DNA of 63,872 bases, the filler included, from Octopus bimaculoides (Eukaryota): assembly GCF_001194135.2 (NCBI RefSeq). It is 5 parts of 5 records of this genome, joined end to end, with 100 filler letters (N's around TTAATTAATTAA, not from the genome) between each part and the next. Parts side by side here need not be neighbours in the genome. Positions count along the whole stretch, not along the records: positions 1 to 30,192 come from NC_068998.1; positions 30,293 to 42,558 come from NC_068983.1; 3 more parts are not named here. The stretch is one strand, 5' to 3'. The notes under the pieces were generated by a model, which was not told where the DNA came from, ran no database searches, and worked only from the letters and a program-made list of their open reading frames with translations. This document shows positions 23,575 to 35,485 of the stretch, piece after piece. A program made the translations under genes and the position numbers. The stretch's first letter is position 1, and every line of letters begins with the position of its first letter.

Positions 23575-24130
23575 GACAGGGGGGGAGAGAGAGAGGGGGA
23601 GAGAAGCAGGAGGGAGAGAGAGAGAGAGAGAGGANNNNNNNNNNNNNNNNNNNNNNNNNNNNNNNNNNNNNNNNNNNNNNNNNNNNNGAGAGAGAGAGAG
23701 AGAGAGAGGAAGGGAGAGAGAGAGAGGAAGGGAGAGAGAGAGAGAGAGAGGAAGGGAGAGAGAGAGCCAGAGAGGCAGAGGGGTGCAGAGAGTGGAAGAG
23801 AGTGATAAAGATGTAAATAGACAGAGAGAGAGAGAGAGAGAGAGGAGGGAGAGAGGAGGGAGAGAGAGGAAGGGTGAGAGAGAGATTCAGAGAGAGATTG
23901 GGAGGAGAGAAGAAGGGAGAAACAGACAGAGAGAGGCAGAGAGAGGGAAAGAGAGGGGGAAGAGGTAGGGAGACGGACCGAAAATAAGACGGAGAGTGAA
24001 ACAGAGTGTAAGATAGAGAGACAATGAGAGAGAAAGAGGAAGAGGGAGAGAAGGAAGCTCAGAGAGAGAGGCAAACAGTGAGACTCAGAGAAGGAGAGAC
24101 AATCAGGAGCAGAGAGAGAGAAAGGGGTGA
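23575..24130. repeat. Long GA-rich polypurine tract
   Basis: Direct reading; includes a 53-nt N gap. Confidence 0.85.
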
Positions 24131-24698
24131 GGAAGAATGGGTGGAAACAGGGAAACATGGTGAGGGACGGAAGCCATCGCTTTGTATATTGGAGTTTAAT
24201 GTATTATTGCCTAAAACATTTTGGTTTTTGTGGTACATTTTGCTATTCAACTTTCAGCATAAAATTGTGAATTCATACAAAATCGTTCAGTTCAGTTGAT
24301 TTCAGGAGTGGAAAAAGACAGACAAGGTTTCGAACTCTTGCCTACTGACGGAATGAGGGGAATAACGATAACTTTAACTCGGTCTCGTCCTCCTCTCTGA
24401 TGATGGAAAACAACCTGCTGAAACGTTGCTCTCCACCACCACCACCACCAAAAACAACACCGATATCGCCACCACTACAACCCCCCCCCACCAACACTGC
24501 AACAACAACCATTACTACTACGACTACTCTGACTACTACCCAGTGCAATTAGCAGTTTCTCTAATCTTTATATAACTGAACGCGTCAAGTGTCCAGTGAC
24601 AAATATTAATTGTTATATGATGTAAGTTTGGAGAGATTGCGGAGATAATGGAAAACGAATGCGGACTACTACTACTACTACTACTACTACTAATGATG

Positions 24699-24737
<39 letters not shown>

Positions 24738-25053
24738 CAAAGAAATTACGATACGAAGGAGAAGAATGACAAGAATGTCAGCTGACTCAAGACATCTCGT
24801 AGAAGCCACACTTGGGCTTGCTGACGTCATCAGAGATCGATGTATTTGCATATCACCCATGCGCAGTCTTATACTTTCACTTTTATTCCGATATGGAAGT
24901 AATTATTCATGTATTTGTGTACATACACATACACACACAAATATATATATATATATACCATATTGATATATACACATAGACACACATGTATGTATACAAT
25001 AACAGATATATCAAGCCATACATAACACCTATTTTATATATTATACGTATTTA

Positions 25054-25286
25054 CAGGTGTGTTGAAAGCGAGTCCGTCTTTATTTTTTCCCGCCAAAACT
25101 AATGCCGCCTGGACAAAATTCTTTGGGTGAGAGGTGACACCGGCCTTCCTGCGCATGCCTGAATATTTTCGCGCCGAAAGGCCGTGACAGCTCTCAGCTG
25201 TTACACCTTGAGTACAGACGTGTAGCGCGCCCTCGTCGGATTTTCGTTTTCACCCGAACGCTTCGAGCGGAGACATTGCATCAAGT
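25054..25286 (+). mobile_element. 5' end of a mariner-type DNA transposon, truncated
   Basis: Starts TA|CAGGTGTGTTGAAA; ends in GAGCGGAGACATTGCATCAAG (ERRHCIK), resembling the mariner transposase N-terminal EQRxCIKF; no right TIR seen. Confidence 0.55.
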
Positions 25287-25584
25287 CCTTCATACCACAT
25301 TACAACCAGTTTCCCTAGATGTCGAGGACCTTTCTTATAACTCTTACCGACCCCAGTAGAGCAGATTTCTGAATTAATGCCTCTCTTGTAGTTACACCAA
25401 TCTCAGTAAGGGAGCTTTCAAATTTGTTGATGACAGTACGTAGGTCACTAAAATAACTGGGATTACTATTGTAGAGACCATCGTCTCGCAGTCGTCGTAT
25501 TTCCTTAGCCAAATCCTGTTTCTTGCCAGGTATCATTTTCAAATAGTTTTCAGTACCTTTTTTTATCATTCCTAGAGAATCATT
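25287..25584 (-). mobile_element. Chimeric R4/Dong-type 3' fragment (two families joined)
   Basis: Minus frame SLGMIKKGTENYLKMIPG then KKQDLAKEIRRL...FESSLTEIGVTTREALIQKSALLGSVRVIRKVLDI*; both are RLE-element C-terminal motifs. Confidence 0.75.
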
Positions 25585-25620
25585 ATTATTATTATTATCA
25601 TTGTCATTGTTGTTGTTGTT

Positions 25621-25910
25621 TTCTTCTTTCTTCAAATTTTCTTCCATTTCTCTCCGAGTGTTTTCCGTACACCTAGGGCAGGGAAGCTCATTGTATGCAT
25701 TCCCAGTTTACACATGCAAATTCACAGGTAAAATGTGTTTTAAAAAAAAATTGATAAATAAATAAATTCATGATAAATTCAGCGATAATGCTCTTCTCAG
25801 TACATGAGTCGTTCCAGTTAACACGATATTTTGCACTTCCTGTAGGGATGGTAAGCCAGGTATCATTTTCAAATCGGTTTCAGTACCTTTTTTTATCATT
25901 CCTAGAGAAT
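25621..25910 (-). mobile_element. 5'-truncated R4/Dong-type element (C-terminus, 3' UTR, AAC/AAT tail)
   Basis: Minus frame SLGMIKKGTETDLKMIPGLPSLQEVQNIVLTGTTHVLRRALSLNLS*; flanked on both sides by AAT-type repeats. Confidence 0.8.
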
Positions 25911-26679
25911 GATTATTATTATCATCATTATTATTATTATTATTAATATTATTATTATTATTATTATCATCATTGTTATTGTTATTATTATTATTATTAT
26001 TATTATTTGTACGATAGCGACCGTGTCACACACATTGAGGGAGATCGCACACTCGATATTTTCAGCAACCAATTTTTATCGCCCACCCCATACCCGAGAA
26101 GATGAAGGGCAAAATTGTCTGTCGCCACACCAGAACCTAAAGACAACTCATTCTACCTACACCGTAAATGATCTTAACTCACCGTTTCTAACGAACCCCC
26201 AAAGTTACACCGATTTTCCCTCATCACCATTAAGATGAANNNNNNNNNNNNNNNNNNNNNNNNNNNNNNNNNNNNNNNNNNNNNNNNNNNNNNNNNNNNN
26301 NNNNNNNNNNNNNNNNNNNNNNNNNNNNNNNNNNNNNNNNNNNNNNNNNNNNNNNNNNNNNNNNNNNNNNNNNNNNNNNNNNNNNNNNNNNNNNNNNNNN
26401 NNNNNNNNNNNNNNNNNNNNNNNNNNNNNNNNNNNNNNNNNNNNNNNNNNNNNNNNNNNNNNNNNNNNNNNNNNNNNNNNNNNNNNNNNNNNNNNNNNNN
26501 NNNNNNNNNNNNNNNNNNNNNNNNNNNNNNNNNNNNNNNNNNNNNNNNNNNNNNNNNNNNNNNNNNNNNNNNNNNNNNNNNNNNNNNNNNNNNNNNNNNN
26601 NNNNNNNNNAATGTACATAAGTATCCATCTATCTACATCTATTGATACGTACAAACAGATAAGTATTAACATTTTTATA

Positions 26680-26740
<61 letters not shown>

Positions 26741-26838
26741 ATATGTATATATACATACATATATATATGTATGTATATGTATATATACCATATACATACA
26801 CATACGTATATACATAGCTCTACATATATATGTAATAT

Positions 26839-26876
<38 letters not shown>

Positions 26877-27177
26877 CACATATATATACATATATTATAT
26901 TATATTATATTTGTACATTCGTTTCAGATCGAGTAAAAATATGTGATGATCGACTGAAGCTAATGGCGCCCACAAAACCGTTAGTTGACTTTTTTCATTC
27001 AATGTATCATAGTTCAAACGTAGCATGCGTTGTGTGTGTGTGTGTCTGTGTGTGTAGCATGTGTTTGTGTGTATTAATGAAGTTGTTTAATGAACTTACA
27101 TACACACAAACTGTCAGTATGGTGGACACATACACTCAAACGCACACACGCGCGCAAACGCAGACACACGCGCAAAT

Positions 27178-27212
<35 letters not shown>

Positions 27213-28049
27213 TACACGCACACACAATGAAATGACCGACGCAAAGATGACATCTTGACTTATAAATGTCTGCTCGTCTCTAATGCTGCTTACAGACAGA
27301 ACTCTACGCAAATACATATATANNNNNNNNNNNNNNNNNNNNNNNNNNNNNNNNNNNNNNNNNNNNNNNNNNNNNNNNNNNNNNNNNNNNNNNNNNNNNN
27401 NNNNNNNNNNNNNNNNNNNNNNNNNNNNNNNNNNNNNNNNNNNNNNNNNNNNNNNNNNNNNNNNNNNNNNNNNNNNNNNNNNNNNNNNNNNNNNNNNNNN
27501 NNNNNNNNNNNNNNNNNNNNNNNNNNNNNNNNNNNNNNNNNNNNNNNNNNNNNNNNNNNNNNNNNNNNNNNNNNNNNNNNNNNNNNNNNNNNNNNNNNNN
27601 NNNNNNNNNNNNNNNNNNNNNNNNNNNNNNNNNNNNNNNNNNNNNNNNNNNNNNNNNNNNNNNNNNNNNNNNNNNNNNNNNNNNNNNNNNNNNNNNNNNN
27701 NNNNNNNNNNNNNNNNNNNNNNNNNNNNNNNNNNNNNNNNNNNNNNNNNNNNNNNNNNNNNNNNNNNNNNNNNNNNNNNNNNNNNNNNNNNNNNNNNNNN
27801 NNNNNNNNNNNNNNNNNNNNNNNNNNNNNNNNNNNNNNNNNNNNNNNNNNNNNNNNNNNNNNNNNNNNNNNNNNNNNNNNNNNNNNNNNNNNNNNNNNNN
27901 NNNNNNNNNNNNNNNNNNNNNNNNNNNNNNNNNNNNNNNNNNNNNNNNNNNNNNNNNNNNNNNNNNNNNNNNNNNNNNNNNNNNNNNNNNNNNNNNNNNN
28001 NNNNNNNNNNNNNNNNNNNNNNNNNNNNNNNNNNNNNNNNNNNNNNNNN

Positions 28050-28086
<37 letters not shown>

Positions 28087-28089
28087 TGT

Positions 28090-29140
28090 GAATAACCTCC
28101 ATGATATCTCCTGATGTTCGGTTATGACGTGAAGTAATGCTGTATTAGAACAGCTTCGCAATTTATACAGATTCGAGCAATATGCCGGCATCAAATTCAC
28201 GAAACTCAGGAGGTACGTTACAGAGATCACTGAAATTCTTTGTCCACCTTTTGGCAGATATTCATTATTCTTAAATGTTTGAGTGGTGCAATCACTCAAG
28301 CACCGGTCTAATGTCGGCTGAAACTTATAAACGTTCAGGGTGTTTCATCGCTCGCAAAATCCAAGAAAATATTTGAAAAAAATTTGGTAAATTCTCTCAC
28401 ATGAGAATGAGTTCTAGATTATGAGAGGTGGTACCCATGGGAAACCTGAACGTGGATCACGATGCCACGACATTTCTTCTCCCGGATCATGACATTCAAA
28501 GAATACAATGGCCTGTTAAATGTCTAGAGAATCGTCAGAAAATTAACGGGATTCTTCGGAAGATAAAGTATGCGGTGATTGTGAGGCAAGGAAACAATAT
28601 GGGTTCAATTTGTGTTTTCATTAGAGGCCCACATCGAAGCTGATGACGTCAGAATTTCCTGTCGTCTCCTGGCACGACGAGAACCATCTAGACATTTTTG
28701 ATGACTTGTTAAAGTGGAGAAGAGTTGTGCACCATCAACCGCAATTTCTCGTCCTTGTCAGTGGCTGACAAGGGCGGTTCAAGATGACTGGAGATGGACA
28801 CGAATGGAGTGGATAAGCATGATGTCTTGTATGCTTCATCTTCCTCTCTACGCATCACAATGCATTGGTGCAGCTGCTTTCTTCTGCTTTGAACCACAAA
28901 GGTTTCTGCTCCTGAGTCCGTCCGATCCCGTCTTGAGATGCTTCAGACAGGAAACTTAAATATGTGCTAATTAATCCCTAATTGCGCCTTGACAGGTACT
29001 ACTGCTTCGGGTCAGAGTAGACCCCCGGAACAATAGTGGGTAAGAGGTGGTCCCATATTCTTTAAAAACCTGAAACTCCCTAATTAGGAGGTCTTACAAC
29101 CGGATAACCGGATACACTTTGAAGTCATACCCACCACATT
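28090..29140. mobile_element. Very degenerate LINE-like relic(s), possibly RTE-X related
   Basis: Non-microsatellite block with a weak minus-strand peptide RWTKNFSDLCNVPPE and UTR-like segments recalled from invertebrate LINEs; orientation and class uncertain. Confidence 0.3.
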
Positions 29141-29147
29141 GCCTGAA

Positions 29148-29185
<38 letters not shown>

Positions 29186-29634
29186 CCACACGTATATATA
29201 CATTCATGAATATGCGTACTATTTGAAATACATTATTTATAGGGGAACAATTTTTTAGGCACGCTATGAAATTTCTGATACCATTCGATATGTATGCTTG
29301 CATAGTTACATACGTACGTACACTCACGCGCTTACGCACACACTACTATATATATATATAATGTACATGTTTATACGTGTATGTATACATGTGTGTTTGA
29401 GTGTGGGCATGTATTTCTGCAAAACCGTCTGTCTGGCTCTGTCTGTAAGTGCGTGAATACTGCTGCAGGACTGATTATAGATAATATTTATGCTTACTTT
29501 GAAGATATACTTATAAAGAAATATGAATGTCTTTTTGATCACGCAAACAAAAACTTCGCATAACAAACATACACTGCTACACATACATATACATACAGCA
29601 CATACACACACAATAATCAGTGTGCACTTATACA

Positions 29635-29671
<37 letters not shown>

Positions 29672-30150
29672 TGGCGTACATATATATTTCTACCGTTCCA
29701 GCAAAAATATTATATACATATACATCTTCTTGAAATATGTGATATTAAGTAATTGGATGTGAGGACAAAACAAGGCTAAAACCAAAACAAATATGGCGGC
29801 TGTTGTGTTTGTAACGATCACCATATTGGTGTTCTCTTTCATTTGTTTTTAAATTTATATATATATATGCCTGTGTGTGTGTGTTTATGTGTGTTTTTGT
29901 ACAATTTAGAGAAGTGTTTTGTAGGAGCAAAGATTTAAACAGACATGGCTTTAAACAAAACCGAAGAACGTTAATCAGAGATTTTTTTTTTCGCTGTAGC
30001 CTCTGTTCCTCTACCTCACTCTCCTCTATCTCTTTTTCTCCGCCTCACCTTCCTCTCCTTCATTCCGGTCACTCTACCTCATACTTTATAGTACTGCTTC
30101 TTGCAATATGCATCACTGACACTATACACACGCGCACACACACATGTATG

Positions 30151-30192
<42 letters not shown>

Positions 30193-30236
30193 NNNNNNNN
30201 NNNNNNNNNNNNNNNNNNNNNNNNNNNNNNNNNNNN

Positions 30237-30248
30237 TTAATTAATTAA
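30237..30248. other. Artificial assembly linker TTAATTAATTAA between two 44-N runs
   Basis: Stops in all six frames; identical 100-nt architecture at four sites. Confidence 0.95.
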
Positions 30249-30323
30249 NNNNNNNNNNNNNNNNNNNNNNNNNNNNNNNNNNNNNNNNNNNNTATATATG
30301 TATATATATATCTATATATATAC

Positions 30324-30390
<67 letters not shown>

Positions 30391-30391
<1 letters not shown>

Positions 30392-30582
30392 TGTATAAAG
30401 AATCATGGGTAAGGCCAGAACATTATGAAGTATATGCAAGGCTAATAACAAGAAGATGGGGTTATAATCTCGAAATATTGAATGCAAGGTAAGTCTACGT
30501 TAATTCCTATACTTGTTTTTTTTGTGATTTGCCTTGCATTTACTTCGCATTGTTCTGACCTTACCCACGATCCCTTATACAA
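30391..30582. mobile_element. MITE with 63-bp terminal inverted repeats inside (TA)n
   Basis: Left arm 30391-30453 and the rc of right arm 30520-30582 match at 52 of 63 positions by manual alignment; TA repeats on both flanks. Confidence 0.75.
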
Positions 30583-30643
30583 TATATATATGTGTACACA
30601 GACGCAACCACACACACATACATATATACGTATATATATATAT

Positions 30644-30690
<47 letters not shown>

Positions 30691-30704
30691 CATGTGTGTA
30701 TGTG

Positions 30705-30773
30705 TGTGCATTGCTCAGTGGTTAGGGCCTCGGGCACACAGTCATGAGGTGGTGAGTTCGATTCAAAGTCGGT
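30705..30773 (+). mobile_element. tRNA-like SINE head only (family C-like)
   Basis: GCTCAGTGGTTAGGG (A-box-like) and GAGTTCGATTC (B-box-like), truncated where the Penelope-like sequence begins. Confidence 0.7.
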
Positions 30774-32460
30774 GATCAGCTCTTACGAAACCGGTAAGAC
30801 AATCTATAATGACTCATAATAATTTTCATACTTTTTAATTCCCAGTGTTAAAAGTCATTAATCTAACTCGCAAATAACTAACACGAAACCAAATAAACAT
30901 ACTCTCCAAAGGGCTCAAGTTCAAATCACCCTCTACGTCCCAGTTACAACGAACTGAAAGAAGACGTTGCAGAATTCTGTAGAAAATTACGACTTGCCGA
31001 GGAACTACATGACAAATACAATGAGGACAAATCGTTAGTCCGAAATAGAAGTAACTACACCCCTTCATAGGGTAAGAACAAAATTCTTGATCAATTTTGT
31101 AAATACGTCATGAATTATCTATATCAACAAGCACTCAAACAAAAACACAAGCGAAACTTCAGCAAAAAAGGAATGGGCTAAGTTGAACAAATAAAAGGAT
31201 GACAAAACAATAAGAATCAAAGAGACTGGTAAAGGGAGGGCAGTTGTCTTTATGGATAAGGTATACTATATATCTGTAATACTATCCAGATTAGAAGACA
31301 CAACATATTATGAAAATATCCAACATTATATTCAGCAGAAAATAATGAGAAACCTAAAAACTATGTTAAACCTATACAGAGACGGGCTCACCGACAAGGA
31401 ATACGATTATATGACTAACTTCAAAAGTAAATCCAATCAATTGTATGGTATTCCTAAGATACACAAAAGTGAGATAATAAGCAACACATACAAAAGAACC
31501 AGCGACATAATAATCACGGTACCTTCTCTTAATGACCTCAAGTTAAGACCTATAATAGCAGGTGATGCATGCGAAACCCAGCGCTTCAGTAATCTTTTAG
31601 ATACCCTCTTAAAACAATTCCTCAAGCATATCAAAAGCTACATAAGGGACGCCGCTATATGCTCAATCACCTCCATGATACAAGAAATAAAATCACCCTA
31701 CTAGTATCCTTCGATGTAGTCAACCTCTATTCTAATATCCATCACAGCCTAGAAATAGAGGCAAACCAATTCTGGCTTGAGAATTACTCTAATGAACTCC
31801 CACACCGCACCAAAAACTAAATCGTGATAGAAGGGCTAAAATTAAGCTTGGAAAATAACTTCGTTTTCAAACACAAATTCGATCAACAAAAATCGGGGAC
31901 TGCGACGCGTACGAGAATGGCACCCTCCTTTGCTAACCTAATCATGGGATATCTAGAAATCAGTCTTTATGGAAAGGTACTAGAATATTACGGAAACCCA
32001 TTATCATTCTACATAGAAAATAACTGGAAGAGGTATCTGGATGATTGCTTAATTCTTTGGCATGAAAGTATAGAGAGACTTCAAGAATTTCAAACAATTA
32101 TAAATGGACTTGACATAAACATTCAATTTGCTATAGAATATAGCCATCAACAACTTCCATTCCTCGACATCCTCACTAAGAACTCCGAAACAAAATAGAA
32201 ACATACGTATACTATAAGCCCACGGACTCCAAGAAATATCTACTGTTCAACTCAAACCACCCCAGACACACTAGATTGAATTTCCCTTCAAACTGGCAAA
32301 AAGGATTAGTACTATAGTCTCCAATACAAGCACCAGGGACACACGACTACATGAACTCATCACCAGGAACTACCCACCATCACTAATTAATGTAGGCTTT
32401 CAACGTGCCCTACCACTCAACATCACGAACTCAGACATCTCAAACGAAAGAAGGATTTAC
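30774..32460 (+). mobile_element. Penelope-like retroelement, lineage 1, decayed RT region
   Basis: Peptides in order: KVINLT, LSKGLKF, NELKEDVAEFCRKLRLAE, YGIPKIHK (31444), LRPII, LVSFDVVNLYSNI (31701), MAPSFANLIMGYLE, WKRYLDD (32031), PFLDIL, YYKPTDSKKYLLFNSNHP; several frameshifts and stops; no endonuclease domain seen. Confidence 0.9.
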
Positions 32461-32708
32461 AACCAAAATATAAAAAAAGTAAAATGTCCCACGTATTTCG
32501 GAAATATAAAAATATTCTAAAAAAACATTTCATTTAATTTTTCCACAATGTAATTGCTTTTCATGCTTTACTCTAATTTAAAAAAGTCGCAAAAACTGGA
32601 ACCGGTACTAAAATGTTCTTTATGATAAAATTATTTTAGCATTTTCTACCTTGTCTTATTTTCGTTATATATATCAACTCGTGTGTTGCTTTTCAAAGTT
32701 CTGTTGTT

Positions 32709-32999
32709 GGCACTCCGTCGCTTACGACGTCGAGGGTTCCAGTTGATCCGATCAACGGAACAGCCTGTTGGTGAAATTAACATGCAAGTAGCTAGCACTC
32801 CACAGACACGTGTACACTTAGCGTAGTTCTCGGGGATATTCAGCGTGACACAGTGTGTCAAGGCTGACACTTTGAATTACAGTCACAACAGAAACAGGAA
32901 GTAAGAGTGAGAGAAAGTTGTGGTGAAAGAGTACAGCAGGGTTCGCCACCATCGCCTGCCGGAACCTCGTGGGGCTTTAGGTGTTTTCGCTCCATAAAC
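32709..32999 (-). mobile_element. SINE sharing the family C tail, running into an N gap
   Basis: GGCACTCCGTCG...GTTCCAGTTGATCCGATCAACGGAACAGCC is the reverse complement of the tail at 3085-3158. Confidence 0.8.
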
Positions 33000-33071
33000 N
33001 NNNNNNNNNNNNNNNNNNNNNNNNNNNNNNNNNNNNNNNNNNNNNNNNNNNNNNNNNNNNNNNNNNNNNNN

Positions 33072-33108
<37 letters not shown>

Positions 33109-33122
33109 GCACATACATACTT

Positions 33123-33155
<33 letters not shown>

Positions 33156-33556
33156 CTCTTATTATTAAAGCTTCGAAATCATCACAAAATAATCACACAA
33201 AAATGCTATTCAGTGTCTTAGTTCCCGTTCGTCGGACAGTTATGATTAAGAATGGGATAAGAATTAAGGTTATATGTATAAATATATTATAGAATCTACA
33301 TTGGCAGATACGCATTTGAATTTGGCTTAATTTCATTGGTGTTATCAACAAACGGTTTTTTTAAAATAAAGAATGATATATAATTAAATATGGTATGTGT
33401 AAAATCGAAGAAAAATTAAATCAAAAATAAATTTTAGTATAGAATGAAAAACATACATGCCCAGAGTAAATTAATTAATGTAAAACTACATTTAATTAAA
33501 ATGTGAATCGGTTTATAATAAATGATTCTCTTACAGAAAATGTATGCATACATACA

Positions 33557-33590
<34 letters not shown>

Positions 33591-35485
33591 CCCAACCCTT
33601 TCTTTTAGGAGGGGGTAGCCACAAGACATACACCAAGCATTCCGTTCATTTTCCAGCTCAAAAATGTGAACCCCGCCCTATGCTCGGGTCAAAGCATAGA
33701 ACGCAACCCCCAGTATCAGCAGCGGAGCCCGACAGCATATGCTGGATTACTTACCCCCGCTGCATCATACTGGTTCCGTACCCCTTTGAGTAACATCAAA
33801 TTCACTCATCCGTCCACAAAAACTCTCCAAGCTTTCCTATCATATATATGTACATTCTTGCCTCTCTCACTCCAACATCTCTAACCACCAAAGCCTTCCG
33901 CTCTCCATCCGTCCACACAAATCGAGGTCTTCCTCTGGTTCTGCTACCTAACACTTCTGCCTTCGTCTCCCTCGTTACCATCCGCTACTCATACATTATC
34001 TCCATGTGGCCAAATCACCTCAGCATTTGTATATCCATTTTGGTTGTTACCTTTTCTCTTATTCCTCATTCTGTCCATTCGTGTCACACCAACCATAGCC
34101 CTCAAGCATCTCATCTCAAATAGTTCTAGTCGAGTCCTTTCCGCCCCTCTCATCCCCCACGTCACTGTACCATATAAAATTGTCGGCACAATCACATTGT
34201 TATGCACACCTCTTTTCGCTTTCATACTCAACCTTTTATCTCTCAGCATACCTTTCACAATTCCAATTATCTTACTCCTACCTCACTTCCTTAGCCAACG
34301 CCCATCCGCTATTAAATCCTGTAACATCTCACCACTTATACTCACATCCATCCAACCAATCATTTCATCTCTCGAACACCTCATCTTACTCTTAGCTACT
34401 TTCACTTTCAGTTTCCTCCTCTCACACACTCTTCCAAACTCTACAACTAGTCCCCTCAGTTGCTCTTCCGAATCCGGCACCAGTGCAGTATCATCAGTTA
34501 ATAACAACTGACTTACCTGCCGTTTCTCTCCATTTTCTCCCACCATTTGGGGTCACCTACCAAGGGTTTTAGCATTCATCTCTCTCACCAAAACATCCGT
34601 ATATAAATTAAACAGCTACAGAGACATCACACAACCTTATCTTAACCCCACCTTCACATCCAACTATTCACCTCACCACCCATCCTAACCGTCACCCAAC
34701 TTTCATTATAACAACTCTATATCGCTCTCAACAATCTACCATCTACTCCATACAACCACAACACCTGCCACATTGCATCCTTATCCACACGGTGATATAC
34801 CTTCTCTAGATCCATAAAGGCTCAACACACATCCTTCCCTTTTGCCAAAAACGTCTCACACATTTGCCTTATTACAAATATTTGATCTGCACACCCCTTC
34901 CACTCCTAAAACCGAACTCCTCCTCCCCTTGTACGAACTCTGGTTCCTCACCTCTACAATCAGAATTCTCCAATACAGTTTAACAACCGCACACAGCAGA
35001 CTTATACCCCTGAAATTTCCATATTCACATTTACACCCTTTATCCTTGGACAGTGGTACTATACAGACACTGCACCAGTCCTTTGGTACTCGTCCAGTCA
35101 TATAACAAACATTCATAAGCTTCACTAATCATTCAATCACTGCCCCTCCTCCTTTCTTCAGGCATTCCACTGTACACACATCTATACCTGGCGCCTTCCG
35201 GCTTGCCATACCCAGCAAGGATTTCCTCACTTCCTCCCTTCCAACTGCACCATTCCCCAACAACAACAAGCATACTCCTCTCTCCTCCCACAGTTACTAT
35301 ACTTGCCTTCCTATCACCCTCAACATTTAACAGCTCACTACAATATACTCTTTGTAAATCATCACTACCTTTCAACAAATTTCCATTTACATCCTTCACC
35401 CTTTCTTCCCTTCCTCCAACCACCTTTCTTACCCTCTATACCTGTTTCCAAAACATCTTTCTATGTTTCACAGAAAATCTAAAAG
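33591..35485 (-). mobile_element. 5'-truncated RTE-clade LINE (RT region, C-terminus, 3' UTR, TA tail), decayed
   Basis: Minus peptides VKDVNGNLLKG, GRVPKDWCSVCIVPLSKDKG, NFRGISLL, VSQLLLTDDTALVPDSEEQLRGLVVEFGRVCERRKLKV, VIVPTILYG, FEMRCLR, GRPRFVWTDG; many indels. Confidence 0.9.

Noticed and set aside
24390-24435. CTGATGA...GAAACGTT hammerhead-like spacing
   Set aside because: Stem II is at most 2 bp and the stem I arms (TCCTCT and GCTCTC) are not complementary.
29793-29852. ATGGCGGCT start of a 19-codon hydrophobic micro-ORF, also a YY1-like motif
   Set aside because: Too short, no donor site, and T-rich sequence gives hydrophobic codons by default.
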